The position numbers were made by a program, and so were the translations under genes. Shown here piece by piece: positions 18,001-28,503 of a DNA stretch of 64,000 nucleotides. The DNA is from an uncultured Verrucomicrobiae bacterium (GTDB lineage: Bacteria; Verrucomicrobiota; Verrucomicrobiia; Limisphaerales; J093). The notes beneath the pieces were generated by a model that worked only from the letters and a program-made list of their open reading frames with translations, was not told the DNA's origin and ran no database searches. Each line of letters starts with the position of its first letter. Within the stretch, counting starts at the first letter, position 1. Location of the stretch: the NCBI GenBank assembly GCA_963846445.1, contig CAWJWM010000004.1, positions 59,879-123,878 on the forward strand, read 5' to 3'.

Positions 18001-20965
18001 GCGCTACGAATGGCTCAAGGCCATGATCGCCCCCGCCATTTCCGGGTTCAACAATACGATCGGAACAAGCTGGATCCCCTCCCGCCGACGTTACCTCACC
18101 AACCACTTCGCCCTCGCCGGCTTGCTCGCGTCCTCGAATGCGCCCGTCTTCAGCCAGTTTGGCGGCCCAGTCCCGCACGGGTACCGCCTCTCCCTCGCGA
18201 GCGGGGTCGGCACCATCTACTACACCACCAACGAAACCGACCCGCGCGTCCGGTTCACCGGCGCCGTCGCACCCGACGCCATCGCTTACTCCCCAGGAAC
18301 ACCCATCGTCGTCGACCGACCCCTCTTCGTCCGGGCGCGTACCCTCTCGAGCACCAATTGGAGCGCAGTGAGCGAAGCCGCCTTCCAGATCGGCGAATCC
18401 CGCTCCCCGCTCCAGATCACCGAAATCATGTACCACCCGCCCGGCGGCGAACACTACGAGTATATCGAACTCGAAAACACCAGCCCCCTGTCCCTCGACC
18501 TCAGCGGCTTTCACTTCGAAGGCATCGAGTTCCGCTTCCCCGCAGGCACCGTCGTGCCGGGCGGCGCGCGGCTGGTGCTCATCCCCGACGCCAACCCGAC
18601 CGCATTCGCCCTGCGCTACCCCAACGTCACCGTCTTCGGACGGTACGGCGGCAGCCTCTCCAACGGCGGCGAAAGACTCGCCCTCATCGATGGCGCAAAC
18701 CGCACGACCGTGTCCGTCGATTACCAGGACGCCGACGGTTGGCCCCGCGCCGCCGACGGCAGCGGCGCCTCTCTCGAAATCATCAACCCTCGCGGCGATC
18801 CCAATGACCCCGCCAACTGGCGAGCCAGCGCCTCCCCAGGCGGTTCTCCGGGCGCAGCCAACCCACAACCGGCCCCGCCACAGGTCAGACTCAACGAAAT
18901 CGCAGCCGCCCCACCCGTGGCAACCGCGCCCGGCACGCCCACCAACGATTGGTGCGAACTCCACAACGCCGGCCCCACCGACGCCGACCTCACCGGCTGG
19001 AGCCTCAGCAATGGCCGCGCGACCCAACGCCTCGTCTTTCCCCCGCTCACCTTGCCCGCCGGAGATGACCTGTTGATTCTCTGTGACAGCGAGTCCCAGC
19101 CCGCAGGTCTCCACGCCGGCTTCGCCCTGGATCAGAGCGGCGATCGCCTTTTCCTCGCAAACGCCGCTGGACAGCAGGTGGACGCCCTCGGCTTCGGCCC
19201 GCAGGCTGCGGGCTTCACACTCGGACGCGTGGGCGAAGATTCCACCTGGCAGTTGACCATGCCGACGCCCGACGCCCCCAACACCGCCGCCTCGCTGGCA
19301 TCGCCCGCCCGCCTCGTCCTCAACGAATTCCTCGCGAACTCCACGCCCGGCGCAAACGATTGGATCGAATTGTACAATCGCGATCCCCAGCTCCCAGTCG
19401 CCCTCTACGGCCTGTCGCTCGCCATCACCAACGCCCAGTTCCAAATCACCTCGCTGGGCTTCGTCGGGCCCGGCGCCCATGTCGTCCTCTACGCCGATGA
19501 ACAGCCTGGCCCCGATCACCTCGGTTTTCGTTTGCCGGCCGCGGGCAGTTACATCGCCCTCTACGACACGAACCGACTTGTGCTCGATCGTGCCAGTTAC
19601 ACCAACGCCCAGGAAGGCGTCTCGCTGGGGCGCCTGCCCGACGGCCACACCAACCTGGTCGCCTTCAGCCTCTCGCCCAGTCCGGGAACCGCCAACTACC
19701 TCCCCAACGATCGCGGTGTCCTCCTCCATGAGGTCCTGGCACGCAACCTGACCCACCACGCCCCTGCCTCGGGCCGCGTCGCCGACTGGATCGAGCTGTG
19801 CAATCCCACCAGCAACACCGTCGCCTTGTCCGGCATGAGCCTGAGCGTGAACGAACGCCACCCAGGCCAGTGGATCGTTCCGGCAGACGTGTCCCTCGAC
19901 GCAGGAAAGTGCTTGACGGTGTGGTGCGACTCGACACGCCCGGCGTCACTCACAAACGAACCGGAACTCTGCTGCGGCCAGGAGCTGACCGACTCGGGCG
20001 GCGGCGTCTACCTCTTCGACACCGAGGGCCGGCTGGTCGATGGCGTCCTCTACGGCTTCCAGTTGCCAGACCAATCCTTCGGACGGGTCCACCGCAACTG
20101 GACCCTCCTGACCCAACCGACACCGGGCGCAGCCGATGCGGCCCCAGCCGACCTGGGCGATCCGGCCAACGTGCGTCTGAACGAGTGGCTGGCAGACGGC
20201 GACGCCCACGACTGGATCGAGCTCTACAACCTCGACACCCGACCCGTCAACATGGCGGGAATGATCCTCACCGACGATCCCTCTCTCGCCGGCCAAACCA
20301 ACGGCCTCATCGGGCCTTTGACGTTCATCGACGCCCGCGGCTGGGTCCTGTGCCTCGCCGATGGGGAAGTCACGCGCGGACCGGATCACCTCCCGTTCCG
20401 CCTCGATGCACTGGGCGAGACTGTCCGCCTCTACTCGGTCGGCCGTACCCTCGTCGATAACGTCGATCTGCTCGTCCAGTTGCCCGGAGTGGCCGAAGGC
20501 CGATACCCAGATGGCAACACGAACCTCGCCCATTTCCCCTATACCGCCTCCCCGGGACTGGCCAACCGATTGGCGACCGAACCCGATGGCGATCACGACA
20601 CCCTGCCCGACGCCTGGGAGCTGGCTCACGGCCTCAACCCGCTCGCCGCCACCGGCAACGACGGACCGGACGGCGATCCCGACAACGACGGCCTGCCCAA
20701 CCGGATCGAGCGCGATCACGGCTCGAATCCGCTCGCCCAGGACCTTGTGGTGACCGGTATCGCCGTGGCCCCAGAGGGCCTTCGCCTCGCGTTCAATGCC
20801 GTCGTCGGCCAAACCTATGCCGTCGAGCAACGCGACGATTTCGAACACGCCGACTGGCAGCTCCTGACCCATTTGCTCCCTGCGCCCGCCAGCGGCATCG
20901 CCGAGATGGAATTTCCGCTCCCCCAGGACGCCCCCACCCGCTATTACCGCGTGCGCCTCCAGTGA
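15038..20965 (+). CDS. giant secreted CotH-domain protein with multiple lamin-tail (LTD) domains and a thrombospondin-type-3-like Asp-rich region
   Basis: Signal peptide MCLVHARALCSALLWLALCLVPA. CotH core YSFRLYFRGDYGEGRL...NLFLNGVYKGYYNPTERIDDDFL. About 5 LTD units (INEF.A.....DWIELYN.....L.GW.L.D). DGDPDNDGLPN near the C-terminus. Ends YYRVRLQ. Confidence 0.85.
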   Translation: MCLVHARALCSALLWLALCLVPAEPRGQSFSLFHTNAAWRYAKGTAEASLPDRAAWRQPSYSDAAWSSGAAPFFYGESYLAPGTLLSDMQNRYTTLFLRRSFVITNASAIELLELTAACDDGFLAYINGSPVVSANAPESEPFHDATAPAAATEPVPFLGYPLADPSGFLVAGTNVLAVQVFNVSASSSDLVFDAALTATLKESTDPRVVTVTPSPESALAQLTDITVTFSRAVAGVDAADLWLNETPCAAVSGSGTTYTFSFPRPAWGTVQVSWDMRHGITDLGQPPTAFNATGPGARWLYELYEPGAPKLAALNPPAEATVRQLTQIEVWFDRPVQGVDSADLLIDGAPASSAAGAAAGPYVFAFAPRAGGPVSIAWAAACGIVDLTPEARPFEGGSWSYAVDPELAVPDVIINEFMAENVSGLKDEEGDSEDWIELYNRGNTPVNLDGWSLTDDARQPGQWVFPAVSLPAKRYLVVFASGKDRRPTAAGATLHTNFKLGLAGEYIGLYNGESPRLAVNEIAPEYPEQRNGVAYGRDALGAWRYCAAATPGYANSPSWINGVVEPAHFSVPRGFFARPFSLSLATPTPGAAIRYTLDGSVPSLTNGILYTNVIGIGTTRVVRAAAFRADRLPSRVTTHTYLYNQSAMRRTLPALSLVTASNHLYGKTGIMEYNPRNTLNHGIAWERPVSVEWLAPEDNGGFQIDCGLRIQGGGYIRNLYNYRSGSIPESKYSFRLYFRGDYGEGRLRQPIFPEVPADSFDTLVLRAGMNDATNPFLRDEFARRLESDVGQVSARGTFVNLFLNGVYKGYYNPTERIDDDFLQTWHGGTNRWDIIAMGGEVREGDAIAWNAMRAYASANNLALAPRYLEIERRLDTTNFVEYLIPLIYGDTDDWPHNNWRAARERTGGARFRFYAWDAEWSFGYNNEPTHNTIAGQLSNLSPPWGGTEIQTLFLRLKASPEFRLLFADRVHRHFFNGGAMTDERLKARYEWLKAMIAPAISGFNNTIGTSWIPSRRRYLTNHFALAGLLASSNAPVFSQFGGPVPHGYRLSLASGVGTIYYTTNETDPRVRFTGAVAPDAIAYSPGTPIVVDRPLFVRARTLSSTNWSAVSEAAFQIGESRSPLQITEIMYHPPGGEHYEYIELENTSPLSLDLSGFHFEGIEFRFPAGTVVPGGARLVLIPDANPTAFALRYPNVTVFGRYGGSLSNGGERLALIDGANRTTVSVDYQDADGWPRAADGSGASLEIINPRGDPNDPANWRASASPGGSPGAANPQPAPPQVRLNEIAAAPPVATAPGTPTNDWCELHNAGPTDADLTGWSLSNGRATQRLVFPPLTLPAGDDLLILCDSESQPAGLHAGFALDQSGDRLFLANAAGQQVDALGFGPQAAGFTLGRVGEDSTWQLTMPTPDAPNTAASLASPARLVLNEFLANSTPGANDWIELYNRDPQLPVALYGLSLAITNAQFQITSLGFVGPGAHVVLYADEQPGPDHLGFRLPAAGSYIALYDTNRLVLDRASYTNAQEGVSLGRLPDGHTNLVAFSLSPSPGTANYLPNDRGVLLHEVLARNLTHHAPASGRVADWIELCNPTSNTVALSGMSLSVNERHPGQWIVPADVSLDAGKCLTVWCDSTRPASLTNEPELCCGQELTDSGGGVYLFDTEGRLVDGVLYGFQLPDQSFGRVHRNWTLLTQPTPGAADAAPADLGDPANVRLNEWLADGDAHDWIELYNLDTRPVNMAGMILTDDPSLAGQTNGLIGPLTFIDARGWVLCLADGEVTRGPDHLPFRLDALGETVRLYSVGRTLVDNVDLLVQLPGVAEGRYPDGNTNLAHFPYTASPGLANRLATEPDGDHDTLPDAWELAHGLNPLAATGNDGPDGDPDNDGLPNRIERDHGSNPLAQDLVVTGIAVAPEGLRLAFNAVVGQTYAVEQRDDFEHADWQLLTHLLPAPASGIAEMEFPLPQDAPTRYYRVRLQ

Positions 20966-20979
20966 GTTCCCAATTGACC

Positions 20980-22356
20980 ATGCTCGACGATACGATCGCA
21001 GCCCTCTCCACCCCCCTGGGCGAGGCAGCCCTCGCCGTGGTGCGCGTTTCCGGCCCCGCAGCCCTCGAAGTGGCCGACCGCTGCTTCCATCCCGCCCGCG
21101 CCTCGTCACCCAAACCCAGCCAAGCCCCCACCCACACCGTCCACTTCGGGCGGGTCCAGCACCAGGGACGATTAGCCGACGAAGTGCTGCTCACCGTCTT
21201 CCGCGCGCCCCGGTCATACACCCGCGAGCACATCGTCGAGATCTCCTGCCACGGCGGAATCCTGCCCGCCCGCCTGGTGCTCGATGCGCTCCTGGCCTGC
21301 GGCGCACGCCTGGCGGAACCGGGCGAGTTCACCAAACGGGCCTTCCTCAACGGTCGCCTCGATCTCGCACAGGCCGAGGCGGTGGCCGACCTCATCCATG
21401 CCCGCTCCGAACTCGCCCTCGCCGCCGCACACGAGCAACTCGCAGGCAAACTCTCCCACCGCGTCAACCTCCTCCGCGATGAACTGCTCGCCGCCCTCGC
21501 GCATCTCGAAGCTCAACTGGATTTCCCTGACGAAGAGATCGCCACCGATTCACACGCACAATTGCTCTCGCGGCTCCATCACGGAGTGGCAGCGATGGAT
21601 GCCCTCCTGCAAACGTCCGAGGAAGGCCAAATCCTCCGACAAGGCGTGCGCGCCGCCATCGTCGGCCGCCCCAATGTCGGCAAGTCCAGCCTCCTCAACC
21701 AAATCCTCGGATACGATCGCGCCATCGTCTCCCCTGTCCCCGGCACCACCCGCGATACCATCGAGGAATACGCCAGCGTCCGGGGTTTGCCCCTCGTCTT
21801 CATCGACACCGCGGGATTACGCCAGGCAAACGATGCTCTCGAACAGGAGGGCATCCGGCGCAGCCGCGAGACCGCCGCCCATGCCGACCTGATCCTGCAC
21901 GTGCTCGATTCCGCCGAACCCCTCACCCCGGAAGACACGCGTTACCTCCACGAGTTCGGCCCTCGGAAACGTATCCTCATCCTCAACAAGTCAGACCTGG
22001 CCCGCCGCCTCGAACTGCCCCCGCATGCCGCCGAACTCGCCCCCGCCGTCCCCGTGTCGTGCCTGACCGGCGCCGGAATCGAGACCCTCAAGGACACCCT
22101 GCAAAAGGTCATCTGGAGCGGCCATATCCGCACCGCCAGACCGGACGTAACAATCAATGCCCGTCACCAGGACGCATTGCGGCGCGCCCGCGAAGGCGCC
22201 GTCCGCGCCGCGGAATCCCTCCACCAAGACCTGCCTCTGGACGTCGTCGCTCTCGACCTGCGCATCGCCGTCAACGCCGTCGGCGAAATCGTCGGCCACA
22301 CCGCAACCGAGGACCTCCTCGACGTCGTCTTCCGCCAGTTCTGCATCGGCAAGTAA
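20980..22356 (+). CDS. mnmE: tRNA modification GTPase
   Basis: DTIAALSTPLGEAALAVVRVSGP; GRPNVGKSSLLN; DTAGLR; NKSDL; C-terminal FCIGK. An alternative GTG start lies at 20962. Confidence 0.9.
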   Translation: MLDDTIAALSTPLGEAALAVVRVSGPAALEVADRCFHPARASSPKPSQAPTHTVHFGRVQHQGRLADEVLLTVFRAPRSYTREHIVEISCHGGILPARLVLDALLACGARLAEPGEFTKRAFLNGRLDLAQAEAVADLIHARSELALAAAHEQLAGKLSHRVNLLRDELLAALAHLEAQLDFPDEEIATDSHAQLLSRLHHGVAAMDALLQTSEEGQILRQGVRAAIVGRPNVGKSSLLNQILGYDRAIVSPVPGTTRDTIEEYASVRGLPLVFIDTAGLRQANDALEQEGIRRSRETAAHADLILHVLDSAEPLTPEDTRYLHEFGPRKRILILNKSDLARRLELPPHAAELAPAVPVSCLTGAGIETLKDTLQKVIWSGHIRTARPDVTINARHQDALRRAREGAVRAAESLHQDLPLDVVALDLRIAVNAVGEIVGHTATEDLLDVVFRQFCIGK

Positions 22357-22371
22357 ACCGCCGCCGCAACG

Positions 22372-24381
22372 TCACCCGCCCCGCCTGGCCACACACACCA
22401 CGTACTCGTGCTTCACCTCGAAACCGGCGCCAGGCGGCTTGCGGCGGATCAGTCCGCTGAGAAAACGCTCGGTGAGCGCTTCCCGACGCTTCGGATCGAG
22501 CGCGTCGTAGAACGCCGTTCCCGCACCCGACTTCAGCAAATGCTCGAGCACTTCAGCCGCCGTCGCATACCGGAACACGATCTCACCCTCACCAAGCGTC
22601 TCGACCTCAAATCCCGCAGACGCCACCATCGTCCGCACCCGGTCCCCGTCGCGCGGAAAATCGAAGGCCACCCGCTTGAGCAATACAGCCGGATCTTCAG
22701 CCACCAACTCACCGAAAATCTCGAGCGGCGCGCGAGGCGAGTTCTCCCGGTGCACGATGAACGCCAGCCGGCCACCCCCGGCCAACGACCGATGCGCAGC
22801 CGCGAAAAACGGAACCAAAGGGATGTACCCCAGCACCCAACTCGAAAACACCAGATCGAACGGTCCCCCCGCCGCAAGCACCGCCAGAGCGTCGCCCACC
22901 TCGAATCGAACGTTCGATCGACCCGCCCCCATCAGCCGCCTCCGGGCGCGCGCCAACATGCCCTCCGACAGGTCCACCGCCAGCACGGTCCCTGCCCGAC
23001 ACGCAAGCTGCCCCGTGGCGTAACCGGTGCCGCACCCCGCCTCGAACACCCTCTCCTTCCCGCTCCACGCCATCCCCCCAATCAGCCGGTCCACTGGCTC
23101 CGCAGCCGCCGTCAGCCAAAATTCGTCGTAGTCACCGTGGACCCGATCGTATGCCGCCCGCAACTCCGACGCCCCTACGTCCGTGCTGCCCGCTCCGTCC
23201 CGAATCTCGAAAAACCGCGGCAAGGCGTGAACGCGCGGCAGACGCCGCTCACAAACCGCTAACGACTCCTCCGGCCCCAAAGGCAGCGCCGTCGACGAAA
23301 GCTGCCCCCCCAGCACCCGACCCACACACCCGGTTCGCGGACGGCAAAAGCAGCGGCCCATGCGCTCGAGTATCCGGTCCAGCGGTTCGCGCGTCATGTT
23401 GCCAAACGACAGCGGCACCAGGTTGCACGGACACACCTCGCCGCTGCCGTCGATGTACAGGTGCGTCAAACCCGCGCCGCAGCCAAACGCCTCCGCCGAC
23501 TCGAGATAGGCAAAACTCGACAGGATCGGCAACGCCCCGTCTCCAGCGACTTCCGCCTGGTATTCGAGAATGCGCCCGCGCTCCGCAGCCGTAAGCTGCA
23601 CCTCGGGGTGGTCCGCAAGTCGCCCGGTCGCGCTCGGCTCGAGAAGGTGGACCTCCAGCGCTCCCGCCGCCCCCGCGAACCGCAGAAAAGGAAGGAAACG
23701 TTCCCGCGGTAGAAACTCCCGAGTCGCCACCGACACAACGTACGGGTAAAGACCCGCCTCCCGCGCCACGCCCAGGGCTCGCAAAGCGGACCGGAACGCA
23801 CCCGCCCGACCCCGCAGACGATCGTGCTCCGCCTCGAACTGCGAATCGAGGCTGATGCCCACGGCGAATACCCCCTGGCGCTTCAATGCGACCGCACGTT
23901 CAGAACTCAATCCCTCCCCGGTGGTGCCAAGAATAACGCAGGAACGCGCGTCAAATGCCGCCACAATCTCCGTCAAGTCGTCCCGCAGCAGAGGTTCGCC
24001 CCCAGTCAGTGTCACCATGACCGCACCCCGATCCTGCAGTTGCGACGCCAACTCGCGCAGCGCCGCCAGCGCCATGTCCTGCTGGCCGCGCCCGGCATTG
24101 TAACAGTGCCAACATCGGAAGGGACACCGATTGGTCACCGCCAACGTCACCGAGTACAAACGTCGTGCCGCCGCCGTGCCCACCCGTCCGAATTCCTCGA
24201 CCAAGTGCTCGAACGCCCCGCTCGGATAGGGCGGGAAATGCGTGTTCACCACAAACCTGTCGCCGAACATCACCACCTTCTCCCTGGCAAAGTAGTCCTT
24301 CAGAAAGGCCGCCACACGCGGATGCAGTTTGGTGAAGGGCGGACGATTCGCAATCCGAACGAAAAACTCGTCACCACGCAT
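22372..24381 (-). CDS. radical SAM (SPASM/twitch-like) enzyme fused to a class I SAM-dependent methyltransferase
   Basis: CPFRCWHC (CxxxCxxC) with TLTGGEPLL. Cys-rich auxiliary region CGAGLTHLYIDGSGEVCPCN...CFCRPRTGC. The C-terminal third has VFEAGCGTGYATGQLA...VLAVDLSEGML...FDLVFSS. Confidence 0.75.
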   Translation of the reverse strand: MRGDEFFVRIANRPPFTKLHPRVAAFLKDYFAREKVVMFGDRFVVNTHFPPYPSGAFEHLVEEFGRVGTAAARRLYSVTLAVTNRCPFRCWHCYNAGRGQQDMALAALRELASQLQDRGAVMVTLTGGEPLLRDDLTEIVAAFDARSCVILGTTGEGLSSERAVALKRQGVFAVGISLDSQFEAEHDRLRGRAGAFRSALRALGVAREAGLYPYVVSVATREFLPRERFLPFLRFAGAAGALEVHLLEPSATGRLADHPEVQLTAAERGRILEYQAEVAGDGALPILSSFAYLESAEAFGCGAGLTHLYIDGSGEVCPCNLVPLSFGNMTREPLDRILERMGRCFCRPRTGCVGRVLGGQLSSTALPLGPEESLAVCERRLPRVHALPRFFEIRDGAGSTDVGASELRAAYDRVHGDYDEFWLTAAAEPVDRLIGGMAWSGKERVFEAGCGTGYATGQLACRAGTVLAVDLSEGMLARARRRLMGAGRSNVRFEVGDALAVLAAGGPFDLVFSSWVLGYIPLVPFFAAAHRSLAGGGRLAFIVHRENSPRAPLEIFGELVAEDPAVLLKRVAFDFPRDGDRVRTMVASAGFEVETLGEGEIVFRYATAAEVLEHLLKSGAGTAFYDALDPKRREALTERFLSGLIRRKPPGAGFEVKHEYVVCVARRGG

Positions 24382-24424
24382 GCTGTGCCTCCTCTCCCAT
24401 AGAATGTAGAGATCCGACCCCAAT

Positions 24425-25546
24425 TCACGGTGTTGCGAATCGGGCAAAGACGATCGTTTCGTATGGACTGCGGTCGCCGCGCTCGTAAAGACATGCCGCC
24501 AGACCGTTCCCAAGGTCCGCCAGATCCGAATAAGCGCTCGGCCCGCTCTCCAAAACCCGGTCTGCAGCCCAACTCCTCCCCTCGTCGCGGCTCACCCGCA
24601 CTGTCAGGTTCACCCGCGCTTTCGTGTCCGCAGGGTTCGAGAACAACAGAACCTCGCCGCACCGCCGGAGACTCGCCTGGCAGATCGGCTCGACCAGCGC
24701 CTCGTCGAATCTCTGATCGCCCCAGGTCGTCCCGGCATCCGCGCTGAAAGCGACCTGGCGGAGTCGCTTGGCCGGATCGTAATTGCGCATGTTGAGCACC
24801 AAACGCCCGTCGCGCAGTTCGGCAACCTGACACTCGTTGACCCGGTCAACAGGCGTCCGACCCCCAAGCCGCCAACTCCGCCCCTGATCGTCCGAGCAGA
24901 TCACGTGAGAATAGTAGCGCTTCGTCCCCGCCTCGATGTGATCGCAGGGGATCACCATCCGTCCTGCCCTCGAACCCCGTTCGAGTTGGATGCCAGCCCC
25001 CGGCCCCGTCGCATACCAGGTCCAGTTGGTCTGCTTCACGTCCTGGGTGATCTCCGCCGCCTTGGACCACGTCAGGCCGTCGTCCCTCGAACAACTGACA
25101 AACACCCGCCGGGTGTCCCGGCTCGTGCCGTCGATGATCTGCGCTTCGCGGTCGTCCCCGCGGTTCCAGGTCATCAACAACCATACGATCCCCGTGCCGC
25201 GGTCCACAACAGGACTCGGATTGCCGCACGTGTGGGCGTCGTCATCCCAGACCGTCTGAGGCGCGCTCCAGGTCGCCCCGTGGTCCGTCGACCGCCTCAT
25301 CAGAAGATCGATGTCGCCGCTGTCGCCCTGCCCCTGTGTTCGGCCCTCACAGAACGCCAGGACGGTTCCCTGGACGGTGACCGCCAGCGCCGGAATGCGA
25401 TAGGTGTGGTACCCCCCCTCGCCACTGGTGAACAACGCCTGTTGCCGGGTCGAGCCGGCGCCCGCACCCGCCAGGGCGTGGACGCCAACGCCCAGCACGG
25501 CCATGACCAGCATGCCGAGCACAGGGACGGTAGGATTCATGCACAT
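24425..25546 (-). CDS. exo-alpha-sialidase (GH33, BNR/Asp-box)
   Basis: Signal peptide; YRIP (FRIP motif); Asp-boxes [40 protein letters not shown]. Confidence 0.85.
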   Translation of the reverse strand: MCMNPTVPVLGMLVMAVLGVGVHALAGAGAGSTRQQALFTSGEGGYHTYRIPALAVTVQGTVLAFCEGRTQGQGDSGDIDLLMRRSTDHGATWSAPQTVWDDDAHTCGNPSPVVDRGTGIVWLLMTWNRGDDREAQIIDGTSRDTRRVFVSCSRDDGLTWSKAAEITQDVKQTNWTWYATGPGAGIQLERGSRAGRMVIPCDHIEAGTKRYYSHVICSDDQGRSWRLGGRTPVDRVNECQVAELRDGRLVLNMRNYDPAKRLRQVAFSADAGTTWGDQRFDEALVEPICQASLRRCGEVLLFSNPADTKARVNLTVRVSRDEGRSWAADRVLESGPSAYSDLADLGNGLAACLYERGDRSPYETIVFARFATP

Positions 25547-25590
25547 CGAAAGAATGTAGAATGTAGAGATTTGACCCCATGGACGGGGGA

Positions 25591-28303
25591 TCAGGCGATC
25601 TGCGGATGGACCTTCTCGGGGTCGACCCCGAGGTCCTTGATCGCGCGGGCGACGAGATGGCGTCCGACCTTGCCCTTTTCAGCCAGGCCGTAAAGCGTGG
25701 CGACCACGGTGGTCTCCGCGTCGATTTCGAAGAACCGACGCAGCTTTTCCCGTGTGTCGCTCCGCCCGAAGCCGTCTGTGCCCAGCGTGATCAACCCGCC
25801 CGGCACCCACGGCGCAATCATGTCGGGGACTGCCTTCATATTGTCGGACACGGCCACGAACACGCCTTTTTCCTTCTCCAGCAAAGTCTCGAGGTAGGAT
25901 TTCCTCGGCGGCTCGGTCGGGTGGAGCATGTTCCACCGCCGGGCGCGCAGGGCGTCGTGGCGGAGGAGCTTGTAGCTGGTCGCGCTCCAGACATCCGCCG
26001 AGACTTTGTAGCGTTCGGCGAGGATCTCCTGGGCGCGGAGCGCCTCGGCCAGGATCGGGCCGCTCCCCAGGAGGTGGGCTTTGGGGCGGCGCCCCTCGGG
26101 CCCCGTCTTGAACCGGTAGAGACCCTTGAGGATTCCTTCCTCGACACCCGGGGGCATGGGGGGCATCGCCTGGTTTTCATTGTACAAACAGAGGTAATAG
26201 CAGAGTTCTTCGCCCTGCTCGTACATCCGTCGGATGCCTTCTCCCACGATGACGGCCAGTTCGTAGGCGAACCCCGGGTCGTAGGTGACCAGCGACGGCA
26301 CGGTGCTGGTGAGCAGCAGGCTGTGGCCGTCCTGATGCTGCAATCCCTCGCCGTTGAGGGTGGTGCGCCCGGCCGTGGCGGCCATCAGGAACCCCTTGGC
26401 CTTGATGTCGCCCGCCAGCCAAATGAGATCGCCAATCCGCTGCGGGCCGAACATCGAATAGTAGGTGTAGAAGGGAATCAGGTTCACCCCATGCGAGGCG
26501 TAAGCCGTGCCGGCCGCGATGAACGAGGCCATCGCCCCCGCCTCCGTGATCCCTTCTTCGAGGATCTGGCCTTGTACGGACTCGTGGTAGTACAAGAGCG
26601 ACTTGAGATCCACCGGCTCGTAAAGCTGGCCTTTGGGCGAGTAGATGCCGATCTCGCGGAACAGCGCGTCCATGCCAAACGTGCGCGCCTCGTCGGGGAT
26701 GATCGGGACGATCCGAGGGCCAATCCCCTTGTGCCGCAAGAGCAGGCTCAGCAAACGCACAAACGCCATCGTCGTCGACACCGCCATCTTGCCCGAACCC
26801 CGCGCGAACTCGGCGTAGAACTCCGGCTTCGGAGCCTCGATCGGCAGCGCTTTCGTCCGGCGCTCGGGAACGAACCCGCCCAAGGCCTGGCGCCGATCGA
26901 GCAGGTAGACGGTCTCCGGGCTGTCCGCCGGCGGACGGTAGAACGGTGTCTCCGCGATCTCCTCGTCCCGGATCGGCACGGCGAAACGGGCGCGGAACTC
27001 GCGGAGTTCCTTCTCGTTCATCTTCTTCTGCTGGTGCGAAATGTTGCGGCCTTCGCCGGCTTCGCCCAACCCGTAGCCCTTGACGGTCTTGGCCAGGATG
27101 ACCGAGGGCGCGCCCTGATGCGTGACCGCGGACTGGTAAGCGGCATACACCTTGACCGGATCATGACCGCCGCGCAGCAAGCGGTGAATTTGGTTGTCGG
27201 TCAAGGGATTGACCAGTTCGAGCAGTTCCGGGTACTTGCCGAAGAAGTGCCGACGCGTGTAACTCCCGGGCTCGACCGAGTATTTCTGATAATCGCCGTC
27301 GAGCGCTTCCTCCATGCGTTTGGCCAGCAGACCCGTTCGGTCCGCCGCCAGCAGCGGATCCCAATCCGAGCCCCAGATGACCTTGATCACGTTCCAACCC
27401 GCGCCCCGAAAAGCGGCTTCCAGCTCCTGGATGATCTTCCCATTGCCGCGCACGGGCCCGTCGAGACGCTGCAGATTGCAGTTCACCACCCAGATCAGAT
27501 TGTCGAGATGCTCGCGGGCGGCCAGAGTCAGGGAACCGAGCGTTTCCGGCTCGTCCGACTCGCCGTCGCCCACGAAGCACCACACTTTGGGCTCGGGACC
27601 CTGGACCAGCCCGCGGGCTTGGAGGTAACGATTGAACCGCGCCTGGTAGATCGACAGGATCGGCCCCAGGCCCATCGAGACCGTGGGGAACTGCCAGAAC
27701 CCCGGCATCAGATAGGGGTGCGGATAGGACGAAAGCCCCCCGCCCTCGGCCAGTTCCTGGCGGAAGTTCTGCAAGTGCCGCTCATCGAGCCGCCGTTCGA
27801 GAAACGCCCGCGCGTAGATCCCGGGAGACGCGTGCCCCTGGAAGAAGACCATGTCCGCCGACTGGCCCGTCGCCGGCGCCGCGAAAGAAATGGTTGAACC
27901 CGACTTCATACAACGTGGCGCTCGATGCGTACGTCGAGATGTGGCCCCCCAAACCGTTATGCTGGCGATTCGCATTGACCACCATCGCCATCGCGTTCCA
28001 CCGGATATAGCTCTTGATTCGCTTCTCGAGATTCCGATCGCCGGGCAGGGCCGGCTGACGTTCGGGCGGGATCGTATTGATGTAAGGCGTGCTCGTGGTG
28101 CGCGGGGCGGCGAGGCCTCGCTCCCGCAGACGCCCCAACATCCCGTTCAGGAACCGGTGGACCCGATCCGGGCGCTCGCTCTGGAGGGCCAGTCCGAGCA
28201 GATGCTCGTGGGCATCCAACCACTCTCGCGCCGTGGCAGGCGCCGCGGCAGAGTTCGCGCCTCCCGTCGGCGAGGCGATCGTATCGGAGGAATGCTGTTC
28301 CAT
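25591..28303 (-). CDS. aceE: pyruvate dehydrogenase E1 component, homodimeric type; one frameshift near 27870
   Basis: [22 protein letters not shown]; [16 protein letters not shown]; GDGESDEPE; [14 protein letters not shown]; the long ~900-aa architecture. Confidence 0.85.
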
Positions 28304-28503
28304 AGCGTTCACAAAGGGCGCATGACATTTCCGGCCTCGGGCAGATCGGCCAAGTCCGCCGCGGCTGACGCTGTCTGTCCTTGCCACCAAAGACGCACGG
28401 CCGTCACGCGAGTGTTGTCCCTGTCCCTCGCTCGTTTCAAGGATTCTGTTGGTGGCTGTTCGTGGCTTGCCGCGGCTGCGGCTTCCGTGTATGCCTGCCG
28501 GCC

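Noticed and set aside
25579-27897. 772-aa ORF antisense to aceE. Similar long antisense ORFs lie at 17162-19861, 15857-17083, 30530-31891, 44891-46084, 46751-47794 and 6060-7037.
   Set aside because: These are stop-poor antisense frames of high-GC genes. Their products are Arg/Gly/Asp-rich with no motifs, while the opposite strand carries strong family signatures.
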